Assembly: GCA_963705165.1 (NCBI GenBank) | Contig: CAVPJD010000014.1 | Location: 35,573-99,572 of the forward strand | DNA: 64,000 nucleotides | Origin: an uncultured delta proteobacterium | GTDB lineage: Bacteria > Desulfobacterota > Syntrophia > Syntrophales > UBA2192 | Direction: 5' to 3' | Part shown: one piece after another, positions 31,011 to 41,146 of the stretch | Position numbering within the stretch: the stretch's first letter is position 1 | How the letters are laid out: every line of letters starts with the position of its first letter | Program-made: the position numbers and the translations under genes | Notes under the pieces: generated by a model | Told to the model about the DNA's origin: nothing | Seen by the model: only the letters and a program-made list of their open reading frames with translations | The model's database searches: none

Positions 31011-31121
31011 GTGAAGCTCCCCGCCCACAGGGCGGGGCTTCCCGGCAAGGAAAGAACCAAACATGAATGCGCACCCTAACCCCGCCTACAAGGCGGGGCC
31101 TGCGGGATGCGCCCCCGGTCA
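31011..31121. repeat. Two-hairpin REP/PATE-like element
   Basis: CCCCGCCCACAGGGCGGGG and CCCCGCCTACAAGGCGGGG hairpins; resembles IS200/IS605-type ends (inference). Confidence 0.55.
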
Positions 31122-31127
31122 GGGGGC

Positions 31128-32588
31128 TCAGCAGGAAATTTTTTTCTCCAGCAGCTCGATGCCGACCCGGATGCGGCGCAGCGACTCTTCCCGGCCGAGG
31201 GCATCGGCCAGCTCGACGCCGCCACCGGGCGTGAACTGCTTGCCGGACAGGGCAATGCGCAGCGGCCACAGGATGAGCCCGCTTTTCACCCCCCGCTTCT
31301 CGATCAGGGCGAAGATCTCCCGGTGCAGCGTTTCGTGATCCCACTGCGGCAGCGACTCCAGCATGGGAAGGATCGCCTTCAGGCTCTCCAGCGAGTTTGC
31401 CGGATCGGTCTTCATCTTCTTGCTGACGTAGAGCTCCGGCGAATAGTCGGGCAGCGCGTCGATGAAATCGAGCTGGCCGGGAATGTCGGAGAACTTCTCC
31501 GTGCGCTCGTGCAGGACCCGGCTGATCTTCTTGAGGTCGATGTCCTGGCGCTTCACGGCCTTGCGAATCCAGGGCAGCGCGATGGCGTGGAATCTCTCCG
31601 GCGGCATCTCCCGGATGAACTGGCCGTTGAGCCAGGTGAGCTTGTGGACGTCAAAGATGGCGGGCGAGCGGCTGATCCCGCCGAGGTCAAAGGCCTCGAC
31701 GAGTTCCTCGAGGGTGAATTTCTCCCTCTCCGTGCCCGGGTTCCAGCCGAGCAGGGCGATGTAGTTGATGATGGCCTCCATCAGATAGCCCTTCTCGACG
31801 AAGTCGGCGTAGGAAGCGTCGCCGTCTCGCTTGGAGAGCTTGTGCTGGGCGTCGCGCATCACCTGCGAGCAGTGGACGTAATGGGGGATCTCCCACCCGA
31901 AGGCCTGGTAGAGCAGGTTGTATTTCGGCGTCGAGCTCAGGTACTCGCTGCCCCGGATCACGTGGCTGATCTCCATCAGGTGGTCATCGACCACGTTGGC
32001 GAAGTTGTACGTCGGCAGGCCGTCGGACTTGACCAGCACCTGATCGTCGAGCGTCGAGTTCTCCACGGTGATGGTCCCGTAGACCTCGTCGGAGAATGCC
32101 GTGGCGCCCACGGTGGGAATGCTCTGACGGACCACGTGGGGAACGCCTGCGGCAAGCTTCTCGCGCACCTCTTCCTTCGTGAGCTTCTTGCAGCGACCGT
32201 CGTAGCGGAAGGGAAGCTTCCGGAGCTGCAGGCTCGTGCGAAGCTCCTCGAGGCGCTCCTTGTTGCAGAAGCAGTAGTAGGCCACCCCTTTCTCGATCAG
32301 CTCCTCGGCGTATTTTTTGTAGATGGGTTTGCGCTCGTGCTGAATGTAGGGACCGTAATTGCCGCCCTTGTCCGGCCCCTCGTCGTGGCTGAGCCCCGTC
32401 TCCTCGAGGGTGCGGTAGATCAGCTCGACGGCGCCTTCCACGATGCGCTCCTGGTCCGTGTCCTCGATCCGGAGGATAAAGGTGCCCTTGTTCTTCTTTG
32501 CCCAGAGATAGGCGTACAGCGCCGTCCGGAGGTTTCCCACGTGCATGTAGCCCGTGGGGCTCGGCGCAAATCGTGTTCTGACTTTCAT
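31128..32588 (-). CDS. gltX: Glutamate--tRNA ligase
   Basis: [16 protein letters not shown] (HIGH), LRIEDTD, KLSKR (KMSKS). Confidence 0.97.
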   Translation of the reverse strand: MKVRTRFAPSPTGYMHVGNLRTALYAYLWAKKNKGTFILRIEDTDQERIVEGAVELIYRTLEETGLSHDEGPDKGGNYGPYIQHERKPIYKKYAEELIEKGVAYYCFCNKERLEELRTSLQLRKLPFRYDGRCKKLTKEEVREKLAAGVPHVVRQSIPTVGATAFSDEVYGTITVENSTLDDQVLVKSDGLPTYNFANVVDDHLMEISHVIRGSEYLSSTPKYNLLYQAFGWEIPHYVHCSQVMRDAQHKLSKRDGDASYADFVEKGYLMEAIINYIALLGWNPGTEREKFTLEELVEAFDLGGISRSPAIFDVHKLTWLNGQFIREMPPERFHAIALPWIRKAVKRQDIDLKKISRVLHERTEKFSDIPGQLDFIDALPDYSPELYVSKKMKTDPANSLESLKAILPMLESLPQWDHETLHREIFALIEKRGVKSGLILWPLRIALSGKQFTPGGGVELADALGREESLRRIRVGIELLEKKISC

Positions 32589-32781
32589 GATGCTCCTTTG
32601 ATCAGGCTGGCAACAGCCAGTTGCATATCGGGTTCCCCCAAAAACAGGATGCCGGAGTTGCTCCGGCATTCCAGGGGTTCCATTTGCCGCAGAGAGAAAG
32701 ACCTCCGCAATGGCTGCCGGAAGCGCTTCATCCTGCAAAATGTATAGAATCATCGACGGGTTCTGTCAACGAGAACCTTCC

Positions 32782-33702
32782 TTAGAACTCCTCCAGAATT
32801 TTCGCTTTCTCGAGTTTTCGGATCTTCTCCAGGGCGCGGTTCTCGATCTGGCGGACGCGCTCGCGGGTGAGGCCGAACTTCTTCCCGATCTGATCGAGGG
32901 TGTGCGGCTCGTCGTCGGTGAGGCCGAACCGGAGGCTCAGGATCTCCTGCTCCCGTGGTGAGAGCTCATGGAGGATCTCCGTGAGATGCCCCGTGAGGGC
33001 CTTGCGGTCCATGGGAAGAAGCGGCATGAGGCCCCCGTCCTCGTAAGGCTCCTGCCGCACGGGGCTCTCCTCGCTTTCCTCCAGGAGCTCCGCCATCAGC
33101 TGGACGTCGTCGATATCGACGTCGAGCGATTCGGCCACTTCCTCCGGGGCCGGCTCGCGCCCTGTTTCCCGAAGGAGCCGCTCCTTTGCCTGGGTGTATC
33201 TCGAGATCACGGGGTTGACATCGGGCGCCTGGTGGCGGATGGCCTGGGTAATGGCCTGGCGGATCCACCACCGTGCATAGGTGGGAAACCGGACCCCGCG
33301 GCGCCAGTCGTAGCGCTCCACGGCCTTGAAGAGCCCCAGGTTGCCTTCCTGGACGAGATCGAGGAGCGACAGGCCGTAGCTTCGGCTGGAGTAGTGCTTC
33401 GCGATGTAGACGACGAGGCGCAGGTTGGACTGGATCATCTTTTCCCGGGCCGCCGCATCGCCTTTCTCGATGCTCCGGGCCAGCTCGATCTCCTCCTTCG
33501 GGGTGAGCAGCCGGATCCTGCCGATCTCGCGCAGGTAGTGCTGCACCGGGTCGAGGGAAACGTCCTCGCGCCGCGGCGCCTCGCGCTCCTGAGGCTCCGG
33601 GGGCTCTTCCTCCACCGAGACCCGCACATTCTCCGACTCGAGGGAGTCAAAGATTTCCACGAGCTTGCGACGGCCTTCCTTCTTCGGTTCTCGCTTTTTC
33701 AT
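32782..33702 (-). CDS. Atypical RpoD/RpoS-like sigma-70 factor
   Basis: DPVQHYLREIG (1.2), NLRLVV..DLVQEGNLGL..TYARWWIRQAI (2), LTRERVRQIE (4.2); shortened region 3. Confidence 0.9.
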   Translation of the reverse strand: MKKREPKKEGRRKLVEIFDSLESENVRVSVEEEPPEPQEREAPRREDVSLDPVQHYLREIGRIRLLTPKEEIELARSIEKGDAAAREKMIQSNLRLVVYIAKHYSSRSYGLSLLDLVQEGNLGLFKAVERYDWRRGVRFPTYARWWIRQAITQAIRHQAPDVNPVISRYTQAKERLLRETGREPAPEEVAESLDVDIDDVQLMAELLEESEESPVRQEPYEDGGLMPLLPMDRKALTGHLTEILHELSPREQEILSLRFGLTDDEPHTLDQIGKKFGLTRERVRQIENRALEKIRKLEKAKILEEF

Positions 33703-33729
33703 GGGATGCCCCTTCCCCTTCCCTTGCGT

Positions 33730-33999
33730 GTCATTGCGAGCCACGGACCCGGCTCTGCCTGGGTTTATCGATGGAAGAAACAGCCTTCTTCTCGCAGGGC
33801 CCGATCCCCGATCGGGCTTGTTGGGCCGTTCGGGGAACGGCTCCTACATCTTTCGACCACGGGTAGTGCTGTTTCTCAGGAGCACCCGCAGGGTGCCCGG
33901 CAATCCCGAAGGTTGCGAGGACGAAGTCCGCGGCAATCTCCATGAACCGAGATCGCCACAGTGAGTTTACCCTGAGCCTGTCGAAGGGCTCGCGATGAC
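33730..33999. repeat. Composite palindromic (RPE-like) intergenic element
   Basis: GTCATTGCGAGCC ... GGCTCGCGATGAC ends; internal GGCAATCTC..GAGATCGCC and ACCCTGAGCCTGTCGAAGGG. Confidence 0.6.
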
Positions 34000-34142
34000 A
34001 TCGTTTTGTTGCTGAATCCTTTTATTATCTTAACCCATTCCGGCGACGGATGGAATGCCCAGTTTCCTGGCCGTTTTCCGTCTTTATCTTGTCTTCGCTT
34101 TGTAGTACATAAACGCTCGATTGCGCCAGGAGGATCAAGGTC

Positions 34143-35435
34143 GTGCCACGATCAAAACCCCCCCAGATGAGCTTCCGGGCCGCAGCAATGATCGCGGAAG
34201 GCAAACGAGGGCCCAGCCACGCTGCGGACACGGTTCAGGAAAGCGAGCACCTGTTCCGGACCCTCACGGAGAAGTCCGTCGCCGGCATCTATGTCGTCCA
34301 GGACGGGCGCTTCTGCTTTGTCAACGACAACGCGGCCTCCTACGCCGGCTATTCCGCGCAGGAGCTCATCGGGAAAAAATCTGACTTCATGGTTCACGCC
34401 GAAGACCGGCCGGCCGTGAAGCTCAATGCCCGGGACATGCTTCGGGGCAAGCACTCCTCGCCTCACGAATTCCGGATCACCACACGGCAGGGCAAGGTCC
34501 GCTGGGTCCTGGAGACGGTCGCATCCATTACCTTTGGCGGAAGGCCGGCCATCCTCGGCAACTCCATGGACATCACCGAGGAGAAGCGCGCGCAGGAGCG
34601 GCTCCGGGAATCCGAGACCTGGTACCGGACGCTCTTCGAGACCACAGGCGCGGCGACAATGATCCTCGAAGAGGACACGACGATCTCGCTCGTCAACCGG
34701 GAGTTCGTCCATCAGTTCGGATACACCCGGGAGGAGACGGAAAACCGCAAGAGCTGGACGGAATTCATCGCGCCGGAAGACCTGGGGCGGATGAGGGAGT
34801 ATCACCGCCTGCGGCGGATCGACCCGGAGGGGCCGCCGAAGAATTACGAGTTCCGGTTCATCAACAAGGGGGGAGAGGCCCGAAATGTCTTTCTCACGGT
34901 GGACATCATCCCGGGGACTCGCAAGAGCATCGCCTCGATGGTCGACATCACCGATCTCAGACGGGCCGACGAGACGCTGAAGGTCCGGGGGCGGGAGCTG
35001 GAGAACAAGACGGTCGAGCTCGAGGAGCTCAACGCGGCCCTGCGGGTCCTGCTGAAACGCCGGGAGGAAGACCGCAACGAGCTGGAGGAGAAGGTCCTCT
35101 CCAACGTCAAAAAGCTCGTCCTGCCCTACATCGAAAAGCTCAAAAAAGGCCCTCTCGATCCCATGACGAGGACCAGCATCCTGATCCTCGAATCGAATCT
35201 CCGGGACATCATCGCCCCCTTCTCCACCAAGCTCTCCTCGATCCACATGAATCTCACCCCGCGGGAGCTCCAGGTCGCCAGCCTGATCAAGGAGGGCAAG
35301 TCCACCAAGGAGATCGCCGAGTTCCTCAATGTCTCGCCGAGCGCCGTCAATATCTGCCGCTATCGCATCCGCCACAAGCTGGGTCTCAACAACCGCAAGA
35401 TCAACCTGCAGACGTACCTGTCCCAACTCGTTTGA
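34143..35435 (+). CDS. PAS-PAS-LuxR transcriptional regulator
   Basis: Two PAS/PAC units, LEELNAALRVLLKRREED coil, LTPRELQVASLIKEGKSTKEIAE HTH; start uncertain. Confidence 0.92.
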   Translation: MPRSKPPQMSFRAAAMIAEGKRGPSHAADTVQESEHLFRTLTEKSVAGIYVVQDGRFCFVNDNAASYAGYSAQELIGKKSDFMVHAEDRPAVKLNARDMLRGKHSSPHEFRITTRQGKVRWVLETVASITFGGRPAILGNSMDITEEKRAQERLRESETWYRTLFETTGAATMILEEDTTISLVNREFVHQFGYTREETENRKSWTEFIAPEDLGRMREYHRLRRIDPEGPPKNYEFRFINKGGEARNVFLTVDIIPGTRKSIASMVDITDLRRADETLKVRGRELENKTVELEELNAALRVLLKRREEDRNELEEKVLSNVKKLVLPYIEKLKKGPLDPMTRTSILILESNLRDIIAPFSTKLSSIHMNLTPRELQVASLIKEGKSTKEIAEFLNVSPSAVNICRYRIRHKLGLNNRKINLQTYLSQLV

Positions 35436-35436
35436 C

Positions 35437-35482
35437 ATATTACGTTTTATGTAATATTCATGTAGTATTCTTATAGTATTGC
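35437..35482. promoter_or_regulatory. Candidate operator: palindrome plus 11-bp tandem repeats
   Basis: ATATTAC-N7-GTAATAT; TGTAATATTCA / TGTAGTATTCT / TATAGTATTGC. Confidence 0.65.
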
Positions 35483-35903
35483 TTTTTCCCCCGTTTCACC
35501 ATAAATCGCAGTGAACCTCTAATTTTCGTGCTGATTTAGCGGTCGGGTTGCCAGGGGGGATCTCATGGAGGAGAGGGCAACCCGACCCTTCCAAACCAGA
35601 TTTGCTGCAGTGGCCGTCAGGGCTTCACGACGGAACTCCCACTGCCCGTCACTTGACCGGGGCCGGGACAACGCCACCCGGCCCCACCTCCTCAACCACA
35701 CAGTCAAGAACGCGTGTACCGCGTTGATTTGCATTCTTGAAGTACGGGAGCGTCGTGAGACTGGGAAACATTGTACTCCCTGCTTCGGGGTTGCTGCATC
35801 GCATCGACGCCTCCCGAACACCGCAGAGTTGTACTGAACAGAGGACGAAAAGAACGAAATAAAAGGAACGAACGAAACAAACGAAAGCAGGAGGGACTGG
35901 ACT

Positions 35904-36761
35904 ATGGCAATCAAGAAGGTGTGTGTGTTGGGAGCGGGATTGATGGGCAACGGGATCGTGCAGGTGTGCGCCCAGGCAGGCTACCAGGTGGCCATGCGCG
36001 ACATCGAACAACGGTTCGTCGACGGCGGCATGAACACCATCAAGAAGAACCTCGCCCGCGAGGTGGAGAAGGGCAAGCGCACCCAGGCCGACATGGACGC
36101 TTTGCTCGGCCGCATCAAGCCCACCGTTGACATGAAGGAAGCTGCCGCCGATGCCGACGTCATCGTCGAAGTCATCATCGAGCTGCTGGAAGTCAAAAAG
36201 AAGGTCTTCCTGGAACTCGAGACGATCGTGAAGCCCGAGTGCCTCTTCTTCAGCAACACCTCGGGGGTCAGCATCACGGCCATGGCCGCCGTGACCAAGC
36301 GGCCCGATCGCTTCATCGGGACCCACTTCTTCAACCCCGTGCCCGTGATGAAGCTTCTCGAGATCATCAAGGGCTATGAGACCTCCGACGAGACCCTCAA
36401 GATCGCCCTGGAGTGGGGCAAGTCCCTCGGCAAGGAGACGATCATTGTCAACGAGGCGCCTGCCTTCGCGGTCAACCGGATCCTGTGCCCGATGCTCAAC
36501 GAAGCCTTCTTCGTGCTGGGCGAGGGTGTGGCCTCGGCCGAGGACATCGACAAGGGGATGGTGCTGGGCTGCAACCACCCGATCGGCCCGCTGGCCCTTT
36601 CGGACCTGGTGGGGCTCGACACGCTGCTGCACGTGGTGAACAACCTCCATGCAGAGCTGGGCGACAAGTATCGTCCGGCGCCGCTGCTGGTGAAGCTCGT
36701 CCGCGCGGGGCGCCTGGGCCGCAAGAGCGGCAAGGGCGTGTTTGATTATACTAAAAAATAG
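35904..36761 (+). CDS. hbd: 3-hydroxybutyryl-CoA dehydrogenase
   Basis: [37 protein letters not shown]. Confidence 0.93.
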   Translation: MAIKKVCVLGAGLMGNGIVQVCAQAGYQVAMRDIEQRFVDGGMNTIKKNLAREVEKGKRTQADMDALLGRIKPTVDMKEAAADADVIVEVIIELLEVKKKVFLELETIVKPECLFFSNTSGVSITAMAAVTKRPDRFIGTHFFNPVPVMKLLEIIKGYETSDETLKIALEWGKSLGKETIIVNEAPAFAVNRILCPMLNEAFFVLGEGVASAEDIDKGMVLGCNHPIGPLALSDLVGLDTLLHVVNNLHAELGDKYRPAPLLVKLVRAGRLGRKSGKGVFDYTKK

Positions 36762-36870
36762 GGTACCGGGTAAAGGGTACAGGGTAAAGGGGGGAGAGCC
36801 ATTCCTGATTATCTCTTCCCCTGGACCCTTGACCCTGGCCCCTGAACCCTAGTCTTCAGGAGGAAGAATC

Positions 36871-38124
36871 ATGAAAGACGTTGTCATTGTATCGGCATGC
36901 CGGACGGCCATCGGATCCTTCGGCGGCTCACTGAAAGACATCCATGCATACAAGATCGCCAGCGCGGCGATGAAAGAAGCCGTGAAGCGGGCAGGCATCG
37001 ATCCCGCCGTCATCAACGACGTGCGTTTCGGCTCCTGCCTCGAGCCCTATAACGCTCTCAACGTGGCACGCGTGGCGGCCATCGACGCGGGGATCCCGCC
37101 CGAGACCTCGACGGCCGTCACCATCAATCGCGTCTGCATCTCCGGGATGGAGGCCGTCATCTCCGGCATGGCCATGATCCAGGCAGGGCTTGTCGACGTG
37201 GTACTCGCCGGCGGCGTGGAGCACATGTCGGGTGTGGCCTACGCGGTGCCCACCGCGCGCTGGGGCTGCCGTCTGCAGAACCAGAGCTTCGACGACATGA
37301 TGATCGAGGCACTCTACTGCGGCTCGCGCCTGCAGCCGGGCCTGGAGAAAGGCCCCGTCAAGGAAGGCGGCGTCGTGGACATGCTCAAGGGCAAACCCTA
37401 CATCATGGGCCACACGGCAGAGCTCATCGCCCAGATGTACAACATCTCCCGCGAGGACATGGACGCCGTGGCCCTTCGCAGCCACAACAACGCCGAGCGC
37501 GCGACCAAGGAAGGCGACTTCAAGGAGGAGATCGTCCCCGTCGAGATCCCCCAGAAGAAGGGCAAGCCCCCCGTCTTTTACGACAAGGACGAGCACTTCA
37601 TCCCCGGGCTCACCATGGACAAGCTCGCGGCGCTGCCCGCGGCGTTCATCCCCAAGGTGGGCAAGGTCACGGCCGGCAACGCCTCGGGCATCAATGACGG
37701 CGCGGCCGCCATGATCATCATGTCCGCCGAGAAGGCCAAAGAGCTGGGATGCAAGCCCATCGCGAAGTTCAAGGCCGTCGGATACGGCGGCTGCCACCCC
37801 TCGATCATGGGGTTGAGCCCCGCGCCCGCGGTTCGCAGCCTGATGAGCCGATCGGGGTACAAGCTGGCCGACTTCCAGCTCATCGAGCTCAACGAGGCCT
37901 TTGCCGCACAGTACGCGGGCTGCGAGAAGGAGCTTGGCCTCAACCGGGAGATCACCAACGTGAACGGCTCGGGCTGCGGCCTGGGGCACCCCGTCGGGGC
38001 GACGGGCTGCCGGATCATGGTGACGCTGCTGCACGCGATGAAGAAGCGGGGCAACACGCTCGGCCTCGCCACCCTCTGCGGCGGCGGCGGCGTGTCCATG
38101 GCAACGGCCCTGGAGATGATCTGA
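36871..38124 (+). CDS. Acetyl-CoA C-acetyltransferase (thiolase)
   Basis: INRVCISG, NEAFAAQ, GHPVGATG, LCGGGG. Confidence 0.95.
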   Translation: MKDVVIVSACRTAIGSFGGSLKDIHAYKIASAAMKEAVKRAGIDPAVINDVRFGSCLEPYNALNVARVAAIDAGIPPETSTAVTINRVCISGMEAVISGMAMIQAGLVDVVLAGGVEHMSGVAYAVPTARWGCRLQNQSFDDMMIEALYCGSRLQPGLEKGPVKEGGVVDMLKGKPYIMGHTAELIAQMYNISREDMDAVALRSHNNAERATKEGDFKEEIVPVEIPQKKGKPPVFYDKDEHFIPGLTMDKLAALPAAFIPKVGKVTAGNASGINDGAAAMIIMSAEKAKELGCKPIAKFKAVGYGGCHPSIMGLSPAPAVRSLMSRSGYKLADFQLIELNEAFAAQYAGCEKELGLNREITNVNGSGCGLGHPVGATGCRIMVTLLHAMKKRGNTLGLATLCGGGGVSMATALEMI

Positions 38125-38241
38125 CGGGGCCCCCGGCCCGAAGAGCTGGGATTCCCGGCAGGACAGTAGCGGTGAACTTGCACGGCCCGGCCTCAGGGGG
38201 CCGGGTCGTGCAGCAGTCAATAAAAAAAGGGGAGGAAAGCT

Positions 38242-39585
38242 ATGAGTCTGATGGATCTGTACAAGAAGAAACTCGTAACGGCGGAACAGGCTGCAAAGGT
38301 CGTGAAATCGGGAGACTTTGTCGAGTACGGCTCCTTTCTGGGCATGGTCCGGGCCTGCGACAAGGCTCTGGCCGCGCGCAAGGGCGAACTGAAGGATGTC
38401 ATTGTCCGCAGTTGCGTCACCGCCTATGCACCGGACGTTCTGCTGGCCGACCCCAAGGGTGAAACCTTCACCTGGGTGAGCTGGCATTATTCCGGGGCCG
38501 ACCGGAAGTTCGCCGACAAGGGCATCCCGATGTGGTACACGCCCATCAAGTACTGCGAAGTCCCCCGACTGAGCCGCACCGAAGGGGATGACATCGATGT
38601 CTTCATGCTTCAGGTCAACCCCATGGACAGGCACGGGTTCTTCAACTTCGGGCCCCAGTGCTCCCATTCCAAGGCCCTTTGCGAGCGGGCCAAGACCGTC
38701 ATCGTGGAAGTGAACAAGAACCAGCCGAGATGCCTGGGCGGCTACGAGGAAGCAATTCACATCAGCCAGGTCGACTACATCGTCGAGGGCGAAAACCCGC
38801 CGCTCACGCAGATCCCGGCGCCTCCGACCTCGGAGGTGGATAAGAAGGTGGCCTGGTACATCGTCGAAGAAATGAAGGACGGCAGCTGCGTCCAGCTCGG
38901 CATCGGCGGCATGCCCAATGCCGTGGGCATGATGATCGCCGAATCGGATCTCAAGGACCTGGGCTGCCACACGGAGATGCTCGTGGACGCCTACGTGCAC
39001 ATGTTCAACGCGGGAAAGCTCACGGGCGCCAGGAAGCAGCTCGACCCCTACAAGATCGTCTTCACCTTCGCCCTGGGGACGCAGATCCTTTACGACTTCA
39101 TCAACGACAACCCCTGGTGCGCCACCTACCCGGTGAACTACACCAACAAGCCCTCCATCGCCGCGTTGAACGACAACCTGGTCACCATCAACAACGCCAT
39201 CGAGGTGGACATCTACGGCCAGATCTGCTCCGAGTCTTCGGGCTTCCGGCAGATCACGGGGACGGGCGGGCAGCTCGACTTCATCCTGGCCGGCTACGAA
39301 TCCAGGGGCGGCAAGTCCATCGTCTGCCTGCCCTCGAGCTACAAGGACAAAGACGGCAAGATCCGGTCGCGCATCGTCCCCTTCCTGCCCCACGGGGGAA
39401 TCGTGACCGCCCCGCGAAGCATTGCCCACATCATCGTCACCGAGTACGGGAAATTCAACCTCAAGGCAAAGAACACCTGGCAGCGCGCCGAGGGGCTCAT
39501 CAACATCGCACACCCCGACACACGGGAGGAACTGATCAAGGCGGCCGGCGAGCAGGGCATCTGGCGCAACAGCAACAAGCGATAG
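38242..39585 (+). CDS. Acetyl-CoA hydrolase/transferase family (butyryl- or 4-hydroxybutyryl-CoA:acetate CoA-transferase-like)
   Basis: QLGIGGMPNAV, HTEM, GTGGQLDF, IVTEYG, IAHPD. Confidence 0.92.
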   Translation: MSLMDLYKKKLVTAEQAAKVVKSGDFVEYGSFLGMVRACDKALAARKGELKDVIVRSCVTAYAPDVLLADPKGETFTWVSWHYSGADRKFADKGIPMWYTPIKYCEVPRLSRTEGDDIDVFMLQVNPMDRHGFFNFGPQCSHSKALCERAKTVIVEVNKNQPRCLGGYEEAIHISQVDYIVEGENPPLTQIPAPPTSEVDKKVAWYIVEEMKDGSCVQLGIGGMPNAVGMMIAESDLKDLGCHTEMLVDAYVHMFNAGKLTGARKQLDPYKIVFTFALGTQILYDFINDNPWCATYPVNYTNKPSIAALNDNLVTINNAIEVDIYGQICSESSGFRQITGTGGQLDFILAGYESRGGKSIVCLPSSYKDKDGKIRSRIVPFLPHGGIVTAPRSIAHIIVTEYGKFNLKAKNTWQRAEGLINIAHPDTREELIKAAGEQGIWRNSNKR

Positions 39586-39723
39586 CGCCAGTCCCTTCCA
39601 TCACAATGGCTGCAGGCATCCGGACGGAATGAAGGGCTGCGCCGCCTCAGGGGGAGGCGGTGCAGCACCGGCCGGAGCGGGCGCCTGCAGGCGGTCGAAA
39701 ACTCATCTGAAAGGAGGGAACGG

Positions 39724-41064
39724 ATGAACAACAACTGGCAGGAATACTACAAGAGCCGCTGCGTGTCGTTTGCCGATGTCGCCAAGCAGGTGAAATCGGG
39801 CGATTTCATCGGGATCGGGCTTGCCATCGGCGCCTGTTCACCGTCCATGTTTGAAGCCATCCTGGCACGGGGGGAGGAGCTCAAGGGGGTCCAGATCTGC
39901 GACTCCGTGCCGGTGCGGCCCTCGAAGCTCTACGACGTCGAGTTCATGTCCAAACTCGACGGGCACATCAACTACAATCCCTGTTTCGGCATGATGCTCT
40001 CCCGAAAGATCAACGAGGCAAGGCTCTCGGATTTCCGGCCGTTGATGAGCTCCGACGGGGGCGACAAGTACGCCATGTGGTCCGACGTGTTCATCTGCAT
40101 GACGACCCCGCCCAACTCCCAGGGCTACGTCAATCTCGGCCTCACCAATTTCTACCACCTCGAGGCAATCCGGAGGGGCCGCCAGACCGGAAAGCTCCGC
40201 GTGGCCGTCGCCGAGATCAACGACCAGATGCCCACCATATACGGCAACAACTGGATTCACGTCTCGGAGTTCGACTGGTTCGTGGAGAACTCCTCTAAGA
40301 TCCCCGCCCCGCCACGCCCCACGCCGGGGGAGGTGGAGAAAAAGGTCGGCGAGCATGTCCTGGAGCTCATCAACGACGGCGACACGATCCAGATGGGCAT
40401 CGGCGGCATCCCCGAGGCCGTCGTGGCCGGCCTCGACGGGAAGAAGGACCTGGGCGTCCTCACGGAGCTTTTCCCCATCGGCCTGCAGAACCTCGTAGCC
40501 AAGGGCATCGTGACCAACGAGCGCAAGCCCTTCCACAAGGGCGTCACCGTGGCCACCTTCTGCGTGGGCGACCAGGCCATGTACGACTATGTGAACCACA
40601 ACCCGGCCTGCGAGTTTTACCCGGCCTCCTACACGAACAACCCCGCCTTCATCGCCCAGCACCCCAACGTCGTGGCCATCAACATGGCCCTGATGGTCGA
40701 CTTCTCGGGGCAGATCGCCTCCGAGGGGCTCGGCCACCGCATGGTTAGCGGCTCGGGCGGGCAGCTCGACTTCATGACGGGCGCCTTCTACTCGCCGGGC
40801 GGCAAGGGGGTCACCGTCATGACCTCGGCAAGGAAGCTCAAGGACGGGACGCTGGTCTCGTCCATCGTGCCGGAGCTTCCGGGGGGAACGCCCATCACGG
40901 TCCCCCGGACGTACGCCAACTACGTCATCACGGAGTACGGCATCGCGCATCTGCGCTACAAGAGCCGCCGCGAGCGGGCCGAGGCCCTCATCGCCATCGC
41001 CCACCCCGACCTGCGGGGCGAGTTGCGCAAGTTGCTCCAGAAGAACTTCTACATGAGCAAATAA
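39724..41064 (+). CDS. Second CoA-transferase of the same family
   Basis: QMGIGGIPEAV, LTEL, GSGGQLDF, VITEYG, IAHPD. Confidence 0.92.
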   Translation: MNNNWQEYYKSRCVSFADVAKQVKSGDFIGIGLAIGACSPSMFEAILARGEELKGVQICDSVPVRPSKLYDVEFMSKLDGHINYNPCFGMMLSRKINEARLSDFRPLMSSDGGDKYAMWSDVFICMTTPPNSQGYVNLGLTNFYHLEAIRRGRQTGKLRVAVAEINDQMPTIYGNNWIHVSEFDWFVENSSKIPAPPRPTPGEVEKKVGEHVLELINDGDTIQMGIGGIPEAVVAGLDGKKDLGVLTELFPIGLQNLVAKGIVTNERKPFHKGVTVATFCVGDQAMYDYVNHNPACEFYPASYTNNPAFIAQHPNVVAINMALMVDFSGQIASEGLGHRMVSGSGGQLDFMTGAFYSPGGKGVTVMTSARKLKDGTLVSSIVPELPGGTPITVPRTYANYVITEYGIAHLRYKSRRERAEALIAIAHPDLRGELRKLLQKNFYMSK

Positions 41065-41146
41065 CGCGAAGGTCAAGGGCCCCTGTCCCGCCCGCTCGGC
41101 GGGCGGGACAGGGGCAATCCAATAAAAGGAAAGTCGAGAACGTTCT

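Noticed and set aside
35580..35660. Cobalamin riboswitch on the minus strand (GCCACTG...GGAAGG)
   Set aside because: Other conserved elements not found, and the orientation is opposite to the downstream genes
35565..35837. 90-aa ORF in the hbd leader
   Set aside because: No clear RBS or recognisable protein features; the region is better explained by RNA structure
36928..39513. Long antisense ORFs (861 aa here; also 21233-23500, 6412-8199, 31107-32747)
   Set aside because: Shadows of real high-GC genes on the opposite strand; no recognisable motifs
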